From Anaeramoeba ignava BMAN (Eukaryota; Protista; Anaeramoebae): a stretch of DNA of 64,000 nucleotides. Of this stretch, positions 1-12,149 are shown piece after piece. The notes beneath the pieces are model-generated. The model had not been told where the DNA came from. It saw nothing but the letters and a program-made list of their open reading frames with translations, and searched no databases. Position numbers and translations under genes: made by a program. The stretch is taken from contig JAPDFW010000058.1 of the NCBI GenBank assembly GCA_028826165.1, positions 1-64,000 of the forward strand, given 5' to 3'. The number at the start of each line of letters is the position of its first letter. Position 1 is the first letter of the stretch.

Positions 1-1859
1 TAATAATTATATTTGATATTTTATGTGATTTTGATTGAATAATTTTAAGAAAGAATTTGAAAATTAAAATCAAATAAATTTCATTTTGATAATAATTTCT
101 TGGATTGTTTCAAAAATGAATCATTTTCATCTTTTTCAATCATATTTCCATTTTTTTTCATTTTGATTTAATTTCTTTGAATAGCGTTATTTTTCTTTTT
201 CCATTTCATATATTTGAAATTCAAATGTTGTTAAAACAAAATCTTTTGAAATTTTCCAATATTTGATTTAATTTGATTAAGTCATCTTCTAAACTAATAA
301 AAATATCTTTTTCATCTTTGAATTTGATTTTCAAAATAAGAAATTTTGTAGATAAATATTTCAATAAATTAATTTTGAAAAGTATGAATAAAAGAAGTAT
401 TAATATATTTTAGAAGTTAAAGATCTTGAAAAGGAGAATTGATTTAAAAAGATTGCTGTATTGGATTTTTGGAGAAGGAATTAAAATCAAATTGAATATT
501 TTGTTGAATTGATAAATTTTTTGTTTTTGAAATTTTAATTTTAATTTGTTTTCAATTTCTTTTTGTTTTTCTTTTGAATTTGATTTTGAATTTGATTTTG
601 AATTTGATTTTTGTGTTTTTTTTGATTTTGATTTTGTTTTTGACGGAAAGTTAAATTTTTGATTTAAAAGTTGAATTTGAAAAGGATTTTGATTTACATT
701 TTGGATTGAAATGACATTTTTATTTTTGGATTTTTGATTTATATTTGAAATGATTTTTTTGATTTTGATTTTATTTCAATTTTGATTTATATTTTGATTT
801 TTGATTTTTATTTTAACTAAATTTATATTTTTGATTTTTGATTTTGATTTTGGATTTTGAATTTAAATTTTATTTTTGATTTTTGATTTTGAATTTTGAT
901 TTTGTTCAAATTCTAGATTTATATTTTTGATTTTTGATTTTTGATTTTTGGATTTTTTGATTTTGACGGATTTTGGATTTTTGGATTTTGGAATTTGGAA
1001 TTAAATTTATTTTCGATTTTTGATTTTGATTCTTATTTTTGGAGATAATTTTAAGCGACTTACTCCATTTCTTTTCTTTGTTTGTTGTAAAAATTGAGTT
1101 CGAATTTGGATTTTGATTCAAAGTTTTGTAAAAATGAATTATTATTATTATTATTTTAAATTTTGTTGATTAAATGAATATTTTTGAGAAATATTTTGAG
1201 AAATATTTTTGAATTATTTAATTTTGACATTTTGATTTAGAATATTCAATTTTCTTTTGATTCTTTTTCAAATCATTTTGAAATAAATTCGTGTAAATTT
1301 ATTTTTGTAATCTTTCAATTTTTCTTTTAAAACTTTTATTTTATTTCATCTTGATTTTTGTTGAGTTTTTAATTTTGTAATTTCAGAATCAAGTTTTAAA
1401 TTTTCTTTTTCTTTTTGAAATAATTTTTCTTAAATATAAAATTTTCCTTCAATTAATTCATTTTGATTGAAATTATTATTAGATTTTTGAATTGTTATTA
1501 AATTTTGATACACTGAATTTCATACTTTTGATTTAATTTTGATTTGGATTCAATTTGAATTTTGATTATAATTTATTTGGTGAATTTTGACTGTACCTTG
1601 ATTGGAATTTTATTTATAATTTATTTGCAATTTGGATTATACTTTGATTTTAAATTCATTGTGAATTGATTATAATTTTGTTGAAAAGATTGAATTTGTG
1701 AATTTTGTTCTTTTGAATATTATTTTCAAAATTTAAATTTGATTTGAATTGTTAATAATTAAAAATAAATAAAAATGAAAATGAAAAATGAAAAATTTTT
1801 CCTTTTTAAATAAGCTATTTTTGTTTTGTTTTTGAATTAAAAATGGAATGAATTAAAAA

Positions 1860-2600
1860 GCAAAAACAAGAAATTGAAAAGAAATTAAATTGAACTCAAA
1901 TTGAAATTGAAATTGAAAAGAATTAAATTGAACAATTCAATTGAAATTAAATTGAAATTAAAAAGAAATTCTAAATTGAAATGAAATTGAAATGAAATTG
2001 AAAAGAAATTAAATTGAAATTAAAACTGAAATTGAATTGAAAAGAAATTAAATTGAAATTAAACTTGAAATTAAATTGAATTAAATTGAAATTAAATTGA
2101 AATTAAATTGAAATTAAAATTGAAAATTAAATTGAAATTAAATTGAAAATTAAATTGAAAAAGAAATTAAATTGAAAAGAAATTAAATTAAATTTGAATT
2201 GAAATTAAATTGAAGAAATTAAAGTTAAATTGAAAAGAAATTGAAAATTGAAAAAGAAATTAAATTGAAATTTGAAATTGAAAAGAAATTAAATTGAAAA
2301 GAAATAAAATTGAAATTAAATTGAAATTAAATTTGAAATTGAAATTGAAATTAAATTGAAAAGAAATTGAAATTAAATTGAAAAGAAATTAAATTGAAAA
2401 GGAAATTAAATTGAAAAGAAATTCAAATTAAATTGAAATTAAATTGAAATTAAATTGAAAAAGAAATTAAATTGAAATTGAAATTAAATTCCTCCGGAGT
2501 GAAAAATGAATTTGAAAAGAAATTAAATTGAAAGTATAAGGAATTGAAATTAAACTGAAAAGAAATTAAATTGAAAAAGAATTGAAATTAAATTTTAATT
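1860..2600. repeat. Degenerate (AAATTG/AAATTAAATTG/AAAAG)n simple repeat
   Basis: Directly visible low-complexity tandem repeat. Confidence 0.85.
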
Positions 2601-2639
2601 TTGATTAAAAGTATCTTTTCTAATTTTATTTTTTTGATT

Positions 2640-5460
2640 TCTAAGAATTGAAAGCCAATCAACAAACATCTTGTTTATTTTCACAAGAAATAATAGTTCT
2701 ATCTTTTTCATCTTGTTTAGGAACCAAAACAAAAGAATTTTTTTTTAGAATCAGAAGGTTTAGCAAAAACATTCTAGTTTCAGTATCAAGAAAATAACAT
2801 CAATAGGAGAAGAAAAAGATCATCATTATTTTTCTGAAAAACAGCTTAAATAATAAGATTTCAAACAATATATCTTTTTCCATCCTAATTTTTTGTTTTA
2901 TGTTGAATAACGGTGTTTTCAGTTGAGCTGTTAAATTATCAAGCCAAGAATTTAATAAACTTGATTCAACTCTTGTGATTTCTTTTGGTTTTTCAATCTT
3001 CTTTGGTTTTTGTTTTTTGTTTTGTTATGATTTATTCTTAATTGTCTATTTTCATTTGAATTTTTATTCGTTTTTCGTTTGAATTTTTGTAAATTTTCAC
3101 TTGTTTTTCTGTTGATAATATTTTCCCTAATTCTGTTAATAATAATTGAATTGATGCAAAAACTTGTTTAATGATGATAAATTTTTAGGTTGTTAAATTA
3201 ACTTTTTTCAATTAATTGTTGTTGAATATTTAACCTAAAAGAAAAATTATTGTTTGAAAGTGATCCATAAACTATTTCTAATAAATTTGATGCAAAATCT
3301 TTCAGGATTCCAATTTTGTATCTGGAAAATAATTTAAGAAACTAAGATTTTGAATTTTTGAATCAATTCCCTGAAAAACTTCATAATATTAAAATTTTCT
3401 GAAAATGATTGATTAGTTTTTGAATTTCCTAAAATTTAAAATTTAAATTTGACCAAAATTTTTCTTTTTTAAATTAAATTTTTACAGAAATGGAAATGAA
3501 AAATTTCTTGTAAATAAAACATATATTTAAGAAGTAAATCATCTAAAGGAGATAAATATTCTGTTTCATTTTCAAAAGAAGCACCTTTTGATAAATTTTG
3601 AAAGAATAATGAAAAGATATATAATATTCTTTTTATATGTTGAGTTAATTGAACTAATATAAATAAAAATATAAAATATAAAGCAAATCAATTTTTGAAA
3701 ATTATTTTTTTTCATTTAAAAATTGTCCTTTGAAATTTCAAAATCTTGAGGATCTTCAAAACATTGAGTAAAATATGTAAAAAGAATATTCCAAATACAC
3801 AAATAAAGATCATCTTTGCAAACTTAAGTAAAGTAATATTTTTTTAAATAATAACAAATAACTTGGAATTTCAATAGGAATTGATTCCTTTTGAATTTAT
3901 AACTTGTTGAACATTCTCCAAATAATTGTTTTATATTACTGAATCTTTCCCAATAATTGATTTTGATTACTAGTATATTCTGGTTTTGGATCAACTTCCA
4001 AATAAAAACTTGTTTTTGATAATTTTTCAATAAAAATCTGATAATGAATCTTTCAAATAATTTGAATAAGTTAAAATGTATTTTAATAATATTTTTGTTC
4101 CAAATATCTATTGTTTGAAAAGTATATCTTGGATTTTCTCCTTGAAATACTTCTCCAAAATATAAAAGTTTTAATAAATGGCATTGTAACTCAAATGTCT
4201 AAAAATCAAATAAAAAGGTTGAATCAATATATGAAATTGGTTTTTTTTTCAAAAGAATTTCAATAAAAATAAAAATCATCTTCATTTAAAAACAAAGAAA
4301 GATATTCTTTTCTTTTTCAAATTTGATTGATTTGAATCTTTTCTGAAATGATTTCTGAATCTTTCCTGATTCTTTATTTCAAATTCAGATGTTGTTCTTT
4401 TATCACTTCTTATAATCATTCTTATTGTTTTCCAAATAGCTTTTTCTTTTGCTAATTGAACTATATTTTTGGAGACTAAAATTCCAAATTTTAAATTAAT
4501 GAAAAATTGAAAATGTCTTGTAAATTAAAAATTTTTACATCATTCATGTTTTTGTAATTTTAAAAAGAAGATATTGATTGTTCAACAAGTTAAAATTTGG
4601 AAACCAAAAATGAATTTTGAGATTGTAAACCAACTATTCTCTACTTTTCATTAACTTAGATTCTTTTTAAATAAGAAGAAAAGAATAAAAATATTTTTAA
4701 TTTTAAATAAAATTGTCTTGAATTGTTTTGTGAAAAATAATGATGTTAATTTATGAATAATTTGCATTTAAATGTGAAAAATAAAAATTATTAAATAATG
4801 CTTGTAAAGAACGATAGATATTAATTTTATTTGTTAATTTTTCATTTGAAAGTGTAAGATTAATTTGATCTAAAGTATGGAAAATCATTGAATCATTTTT
4901 GATCAAGAAATGTAATCATATGTCTAATTTTTCAATCTTGAATCTGATAACGAGAAGTTGTATTTTATTAATAATTGTAAAATATAGTTTTTTATAAAAT
5001 TTTTAAATTAAAATATCAAATAATCAATTTATTGAGTGATTTTTATATTATTCCAAAATTCTCATCAAATTTATTTACTTTTGATTTATTAATAAAGGAA
5101 TTTTTAAAAAGGAATTTAAATTTCATATATATGTCTTCTTTTTAAATCTCTTAAAAATAAAAGAGAAATTTTAGACTTCTTTTTAAAATAACTTTTTGAA
5201 TCATATTTTAATCAATCAAAATCAAAAGATCAGATTTTTCATTTTTGCTTTTTCTTCTCCTTTCAATTTGTTTTTATCGATAATTCAATTATAAAATATC
5301 TTTACATATTAGACATTTATATTTTGATTGAAGAATCAATTTTTTCTTTAGTTTTTCTTTTTGAAATAAGATCAAGAAGAAGATTTTTCCTTTTCTTTTT
5401 TTAATTAAATCAATGTCCACTTTTTGAGGATTTCAAAAGGAATTTTTGATAAAATCTCAA
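2640..5460 (-). pseudogene. Frameshift-riddled RasGAP/IQGAP-like gene fragment with C-terminal PH domain (pseudogene or unpolished assembly)
   Basis: Minus-strand peptide fragments stitched across indels: YLEVDPKPEY (~3970-4000), LSKGASFENETEYLSPLDDLLLKY (~3525-3595, GRD-like), and PH-like LGWKKIYCLKSYYLSCF..SPIDVIFL..KPSDSKKNSFVLVPK..RTIISCEN..DWLSILR (~2640-2890). No long ORF survives. Confidence 0.4.
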
Positions 5461-5476
5461 TTCATTTTTCTTTTAA

Positions 5477-8309
5477 ATGAAGCTTTTTATTCGTTTTCAA
5501 GGAAATTTTTGTGTGTTTGATGCTGAAAAGATCCTAAACTTTAAAACCTTAATTAAAGATGTGAAAGATAACTTCAACATTCGACAAAAGATTCAAGCAT
5601 TCACCTATCTCTTTCAAGATAAAAACTGTTCGTATTTCAAACAATTCACAACTTGTAATCTTCTAAATTGTGTTAAAAGAACAAGTTCTTCTAATAACTT
5701 CAGAGGAAATTCCTATTTTGAATGTTCAAATCTCTATTTCAAAAAGTGGAAAAGAAAGTGCCAATGAATACTCAAAAATGATCGATCAGGATCCATTTCT
5801 TTCATATGATTTAGATACACAAAAAGTTTTTGTTCTTCTTGTGATAAGGAATTGAAAAATTTAAATTCATGGAAGCTAAAAGAGACATTTAAATTGTGAA
5901 CATCATCGTTTTAAGATTCCATTTTACCTAAAATCTCAAACAAAATCAAAAGAATGGGTTTTCACAAATCATGAAAAATATCCTTCGAATTTTAGATCAT
6001 TTAGAAACATTTACAACGATTGATTTTTACAGCAGAAAAGATATACCTGTTTTCCGCACAAGTTTGACAAAAAGACTTTTTAATCAAATACAGGATAAAG
6101 AAAATGATCTTAAATATGGGACTTTCTGCTCACTTCTTCAAAAAGTATTTTTCAATTCATTCTGCAACAGCTTTTTCCAGTGTCCAAAAATGTTCTAATC
6201 CAATCATGAAAAAGGCAGAATCACCAAAAGAAAAGTTCTTGAAATGAGAAATTTATACAAATCGGAAATTCAACTTCTTGATCAAATTATTTTATTCTTG
6301 GACTTTGCAGTCAATTTTCAAGAGTATCGAGATAATTGGGAAACACAAGAATTCTATCATAAGAAATCATGGTGATCTTCAATATTACTATTCAGTTTGA
6401 AAAACAGTTGTTCTATTTCGATTATATTTCAGGAGAGGATCAAACTAAAGTAAGTTTAAAAATTGAATTCCTTTTTGATTCTATTAATTTTCTATTTCTC
6501 TTATAGGATTCCCAATTTGTTCTTCAAAGTTTTCAAGATTTTCGATATAAATTCCATGAATGGCAACATAAAAGAAATCTATTAAACATATCAAAACTAA
6601 GGATTTTTTCTGATAATGGAGGACACATTAAAAATAACTTTGTTCTGGGGATGATTTTTGATGCTTTTAGTTCGCAATTTTTAGATATTAAGGTAATTTT
6701 CTTTCTTAGAAACCATGCTAAACATATGTCTGATCGTCATTTTGGTAACATATCAAGGAATAAGGCAAATTTTGGGGATATTACAACTATTAATTTACTT
6801 TTTGATTATTTATCTCAACTTAGTAACACAACACCAATTATTTTGAATGTGAATAGAGCACTCAAATTTCTTTACAAGAATCCAATTGCAAAAATTAAAA
6901 AATCACACATTTTTATTTTCTTAAAAGGAAACTTGAAAACTGCAAGAATGCCAAACACCAATTTTCGAAAAAGAAGAATACCTATAATTGAACAAATTTT
7001 TCAAGAGAAAGAATTTGGAATTAAACAAAATTCAGCATTAATTCAGGAGAATTATTCTATTCCTTTCTTTAATACTCAAATGACAAATTCCAAAAATGAA
7101 AAGGTGATTCCAAATGAAACACAAAAATTTCATTCGCAAAGAGAAAAGAAGATGAAGGAAATGAATCATATGAATGGAAATCTACGAAGTTCTTCCAGAA
7201 AACATCAACAAATCAAGAGAAAAATTGAATTTGAAGAAAAAGAAGAAATCAAAAATTTGCGCATTTCAAAATTTCAAGATAATCTCCCAAAACAAAAGAA
7301 TTTTACATCATCAATATCCATTTGCAAAACAGGAGTAAGAAAATTCTTCTTTTTATTATTTTTCTTTTTGATTTTCTCATTTTTAATTTTTGATTAGAAT
7401 TTAAGAAAGATTCCAAATTCACACAATTCATGTTATATCGCTTCCATCATTCAAGTGCTTTTAAGAACTTCTGTAATTGAACTATTAGGTTTAGGTGATA
7501 TTTCTGAAACTTTGAGCGATATTTTACAATCTTCAGAAGAATCGATTAATATAACTCCACTAAGAAAGGTAATAGGAGAACATGTGACTCAATTTTCCAA
7601 CAACACTAATGAACAAGATATACATGAATTTTTTGTTTCCTTGATGGATTTAATATCAAATGAGAATATTTCAGATTTCAATGTTTCATATGATCTTCTT
7701 TATCAAGAATTTGATATTCACAATCGAGCTATAATAAATGATTTTCGCATTCGTATTGTGCAAAAGGTGACATGTAAGAAATGTAAAAGATTTACTTACT
7801 CCTTTCCTCAAGAAACAAGTCTTGTGATTAGCTTTCCAATTTTGAACGGAGAAATTAGCATTTCTTCAATGCTCGATAATTATTTCGCTGAAAAGGATTT
7901 AGATTTCTCTCAACATTATCACTGTGAAAATTGTGACCAAAAAGTAGAAAGCTCCATTAAATTGTCTCTTTTGACTATTCCTAAATATTTGGTTATTTTT
8001 TTCAAGAGAACTTATTATGATTCCTTGACTCGATCTACAACAAGAATTGGAACCAAAATTCAATGTGAAGAAAAGATTAATGTCAAATCTTTTATGTTTC
8101 AGAGTTGTCCTAATCAAGAAACTGAAATGAAATTGCTTGGATCAATACACCATATTGGAAATGCCAATGAAGGTCATTATTGGACTGAAATCTTAGAAAC
8201 CAAAACTAGTTCAAATTTTTTTGGAATAAGTGATGCTCATATATTTCCCGTGAATCCTTTTAGAACAGAAGATACTTTTACAATGATGATTTTTACAAGA
8301 GAAGATTAA
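5477..8309 (+). mobile_element. Sola-like DDD transposase gene fused in frame to a USP/peptidase C19 deubiquitinase domain
   Basis: N-terminal C2H2-like finger CSSC..RHLNCEHH (~5830-5906, across 1-nt indels). Catalytic motifs LDFAVNF (D at 6301), IFSDNGGHIKNN (6604-6639), FFLRNHAKHMSDRHFG (~6700-6745). GT-AG introns 6450-6506 and 7335-7397 join ORFs 6651-7397 and 7455-8309 in frame. The 5' part has several homopolymer frameshifts. Confidence 0.75.
7398..8309 (+). CDS. Ubiquitin-specific protease (peptidase C19) domain, last exon of the transposase fusion
   Basis: Cys box NSHNSCYIASIIQ, EQDIHEFF motif, fingers-domain CKKC and CENC, PKYLVIFFKR, His box HHIGNANEGHYW and FGISD. Confidence 0.9.
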   Translation, partial: NLRKIPNSHNSCYIASIIQVLLRTSVIELLGLGDISETLSDILQSSEESINITPLRKVIGEHVTQFSNNTNEQDIHEFFVSLMDLISNENISDFNVSYDLLYQEFDIHNRAIINDFRIRIVQKVTCKKCKRFTYSFPQETSLVISFPILNGEISISSMLDNYFAEKDLDFSQHYHCENCDQKVESSIKLSLLTIPKYLVIFFKRTYYDSLTRSTTRIGTKIQCEEKINVKSFMFQSCPNQETEMKLLGSIHHIGNANEGHYWTEILETKTSSNFFGISDAHIFPVNPFRTEDTFTMMIFTRED

Positions 8310-8809
8310 GAAAAAATAATCATTCTTTCTATTCCTTTTTTCTTTGACAAGAATCTAATTCATTTTTCTTTTTTTTTGATTTTTTTTGATTGATTTTTTT
8401 TGATTGATTTTTTTTGATTCAATTTTTCTTGATTCAATTTTTCTAATTCTCAAAGAAATAAACCTTTATCGTGCCTCAGGAAGCACCAAAATTTGAGGCT
8501 TTTATCGAGATTTCTTGTTCAATTTTAATTAAAAAAGGGAAAAAAAATAAACAAAAAAAAATTTTTCACATCAGCCTCAAATCACTCATATTTATTTTTA
8601 AATCAATTTTGAATTAATTTAGATAATAAATTCTTTTTATAAATTATATAAATAAATTATTTTACATTTTAATTAACATTTTCTCTTTATTTTTTTTTAT
8701 AATTTTGTTTTTGAAATTTTTATTTGATTTTTTCTTTTTATTTTCTTTTTATTTTTTTAATTTAGAAAAAAAAAACAAAAAAAAATGAAAAAAAATGAAT
8801 AAAAGTTTT

Positions 8810-9800
8810 AAAATCATTTCTTAATTAATTTTATTGCAAAATAGTAAATTAATTATTATTAAAAATTAAGTAAAATAATAAATAAAATATTTTAATTAAA
8901 TTTATTTCATTATTTTTAATAATATTAATTTAATATTAATAATAAATTCTTTTTAAAATCATTTCTTGATTAATTTTATTACAAAATAGTAAATTAATTA
9001 TAATTAAAAATTAAATTAAATTTTTATCTAATTTTTGTTTCAAATTTATTTCTTTATTTTTAATAATATTAATTTAATATTAATAATGAATTCTTTTTAA
9101 ATCATTTCTTAATTAATTTTATTGCAAAATAATAAATTAATTATTATTAAAAATTAAATTAAATTTTTATCTAATTTTTCAAATTTATTTCATTATTTTT
9201 AATAACATTAATTTAATATTAATAATAAATTCTTTTTAAAATCATTTCTTAATTAATTTTATTGCAAAATAATAAAATAATTATTATTAAAAATTAAATT
9301 AAATTTTTATCTAATTTTTGTTTCAATTTTATTTCTTTATTTTTAATAATTTTAATTTAATATTAATAATAAATCCTTTTTAAAATAATTTCTTAATTAA
9401 TTTTATTACAAAATAATAAATTAATTATTATTAAAAATTAAGTAAAATAATAAATAAAATATTTTAATCAAATTTATTTCTTTATTTTTAATAATAATTA
9501 ATTTAATATTAATAATAAATTCTTTTTTAAAATCATTTCTTAATTAATTTTATTGCAAAATAATAAATTAATTATTATTAAAAATTAAATTAAATTTTTA
9601 TCTAATTTTTATTTCAAATTTATTTCTTTATTTTTAATAATATTTATTTAATATTAATAATAAATTCTTTTTAAAATTATTTCTTAATTAATTTTATTGC
9701 AAAATAATAAATTATTTATAATTAAAAATTAAATAAAATTTTTATCTAATTTTTGTTTCAAATTTATTTCTTTATTTTTAATAATTTTGTTTATTTATTT
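8810..9800. repeat. Intergenic AT-rich satellite, ~144-bp unit, ~7 copies
   Basis: AAATCATTTCTTAATTAATTTTATTGCAAAAT-like anchor recurs near 8811, 8956, 9099, 9239, 9383, 9529 and 9673. Confidence 0.9.
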
Positions 9801-9812
9801 TTAATAAAAAGT

Positions 9813-12082
9813 TTAATCAAGCTTTCTTTTTCTTTCATTTGTAATAGAATTGGAAATTTCTTCGTTTTTGAATTCAAGGTGTTGGTCATTATTTTGAGGA
9901 AGAGAATTCAAGAAAAAAGCCTGCAAAGTGTACATTTTTTTATCAGAATCCCAAAAAGAAGCGAGTCTTCCTTCGCGTCTATCTATTGGAATATTTGGGA
10001 TTTTAAAAGCAATAGTTTCATATCTGATTGCGCCGAAGAGAAGGTATTGGAATTTCTTATCAGGAGTTTCGACCTTCTGTTCAAAGGGGCTCATGAAACG
10101 ATAATAAGGTTTTGTTGCTTTTTCGATTTGGGGGTATTCAATTTGGAATAAGAGACTGTATTGATTTGTGACAGGCTCAATTTGTTTTATCACTTGATAT
10201 CCTGGTGTTCCCATTTTGGGTATGTTTTTTTGCTTCTGTTTTGGCTTGTTTTTGGGGACGATTCCTTGGTTTGAATCTTTTGCTTGCATATACGCTCTTT
10301 TTTTTAAATTTGTTTGGTGTTTTTTTCCTTGTGTATGAGCTAAATAACTTCCTTCGTTCAAATGAAGAGTTAAACAAAGCTTACATTCATAAAGACCGAT
10401 GTGATTGCGAAAGAAATATGGATCCTATTTTTATATTTATATTTATATTTATATTTATATTTATATTTATATTTATATTTATATTTATATTTATATTTAT
10501 ATTTATATTTATATTTATATTTATATTTATATTTATATTTATAATTATATTTATATTTATATTTATATTTATATTTATATTTATATTTATATTTATATTT
10601 ATATTTATATTTATATTTATATTTATATTTATATTTATATTTTATATTTATATTTATATTTATATTTATATTTATATTTATATTTATTTTTATATTTATA
10701 ATTATATTTATATTTTTCAATTATATTTATATTTATATTTATATTTATATTTATATTTATATTTATATTTATATTTATATTTATATTTATATTTATATTT
10801 ATATTTATATTTATATTTATATTTATATTTATATTTATAATTTTTATTTTTATATTTATTTTTATATTTTGTTTATTTTATATTTATATTTATATTTATA
10901 TTTCTTAATTTATATTTATATTTTATGTTTATATTTTATTTTATGTTTATATTTATATTTATATTTATATTTATATTTATATTTATATTTATATTTATAT
11001 TTATTTTTTTATTTATATTTTATATTTATATTTATATTTATATTTATATTTATAATTATATTTATATTTATATTTATATTTATATTTATTATATATTTAT
11101 ATTTATATTTATTTTATATTTTATGTTTATTTATATTTTATATTTTATATTTATATTTATATTTATATTTATATTTATATTTATTTATATTTATATTTAT
11201 ATTTATATTTTATGTTTATATTTATTATTTATATTTATATTTATATATTTTATATATATTTTATTTTATATTTTATATTTTTTTTTATATTTTATATTTT
11301 TATATTTTATATTTATATTTATATTTATATTTATATTTATATTTATTTATATTTTATATTTATATTTTATATTTTATATTTATACATTTTTATTTATATT
11401 TATGTTATATATTTATATTTTTATATTTATATTTTTATTTTTTATTTTTATGTTTATATTTTATATTTATATTTATATTTTATATTTATTTTTATATTTT
11501 ATATTTATATTTATATTTATATTTATATTTATATTTATATTTATATTTATATTTATATTTATATTTATATTTATATTTATATTTATATTTATATTTATAT
11601 TTATATTTATATTTATATTTATATTTATATTTATATTTATATTTATATTTATATTTATATTTATATTTATATTTATATTTATATTTATATTTATATTTAT
11701 ATTTATATTTATATTTATATTTATTTATATTTATATTTATATTTATATTTATATTTATATTTATATTTATATTTATATTTATATTTATATTTATATTTAT
11801 ATTTATATTTATATTTATATTTATATTTATATTAATATTTATATTTATATTTATATTTATATTTATATTTATATTTATATTTATATTTATATTTATATTT
11901 ATATTTATATAAATTTTAGAAATGATGTAATTTTTTGTGTTTTTGTTTTAAATATTTACTTTCGATAAATCAACAGTTTCTAAGGCAAGTCGACGAAGTC
12001 TTTCACGCCTATCAACATATTCTGCACCTGTTGTTGCTAAACCACCAACACCAGGTTTTGAACCATGTTCTCTTTCTGACAT
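9813..12082 (-). CDS. SF3A2: Splicing factor 3A subunit 2 (SF3a66/Prp11), 2 exons (12082-11960, 10424-9813)
   Basis: [32 protein letters not shown]|[41 protein letters not shown]1-type zinc finger. Also contains [14 protein letters not shown] and [13 protein letters not shown] intron 11959-10425. Confidence 0.97.
10430..11910. repeat. (TATATT)n microsatellite filling the SF3A2 intron
   Basis: Directly visible; source of the spurious FIFI/YLYL/YIYI ORFs. Confidence 0.97.
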
Positions 12083-12149
12083 TTTCAAAAAAATGAAAAA
12101 GAAAAAATGAAAAATGAAAAATGAAAAAAATTTTTATTGATTTTTTTTT

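Noticed and set aside
2489-2501. Isolated GC-rich CCTCCGGAGT inside an AT repeat
   Set aside because: Single occurrence in the error-rich part of the contig; most likely base-calling noise.
5033-8588. 10-bp inverted pair TGAGTGATTT (5033-5042) / AAATCACTCA (8579-8588) as transposon TIRs
   Set aside because: The match is short, flanks give no matching TSD, and the left copy lies within what looks like the neighbouring minus-strand gene; not supportable without other copies.
10205-11968. Long FIFI/YLYL/YIYI/KYKY ORFs (likewise KLKL, NFIN, ILIL ORFs at 22329, 24522, 25422, 33008, 37493, 47955, 56843)
   Set aside because: These are stop-free frames of intronic microsatellites with no protein-like content.
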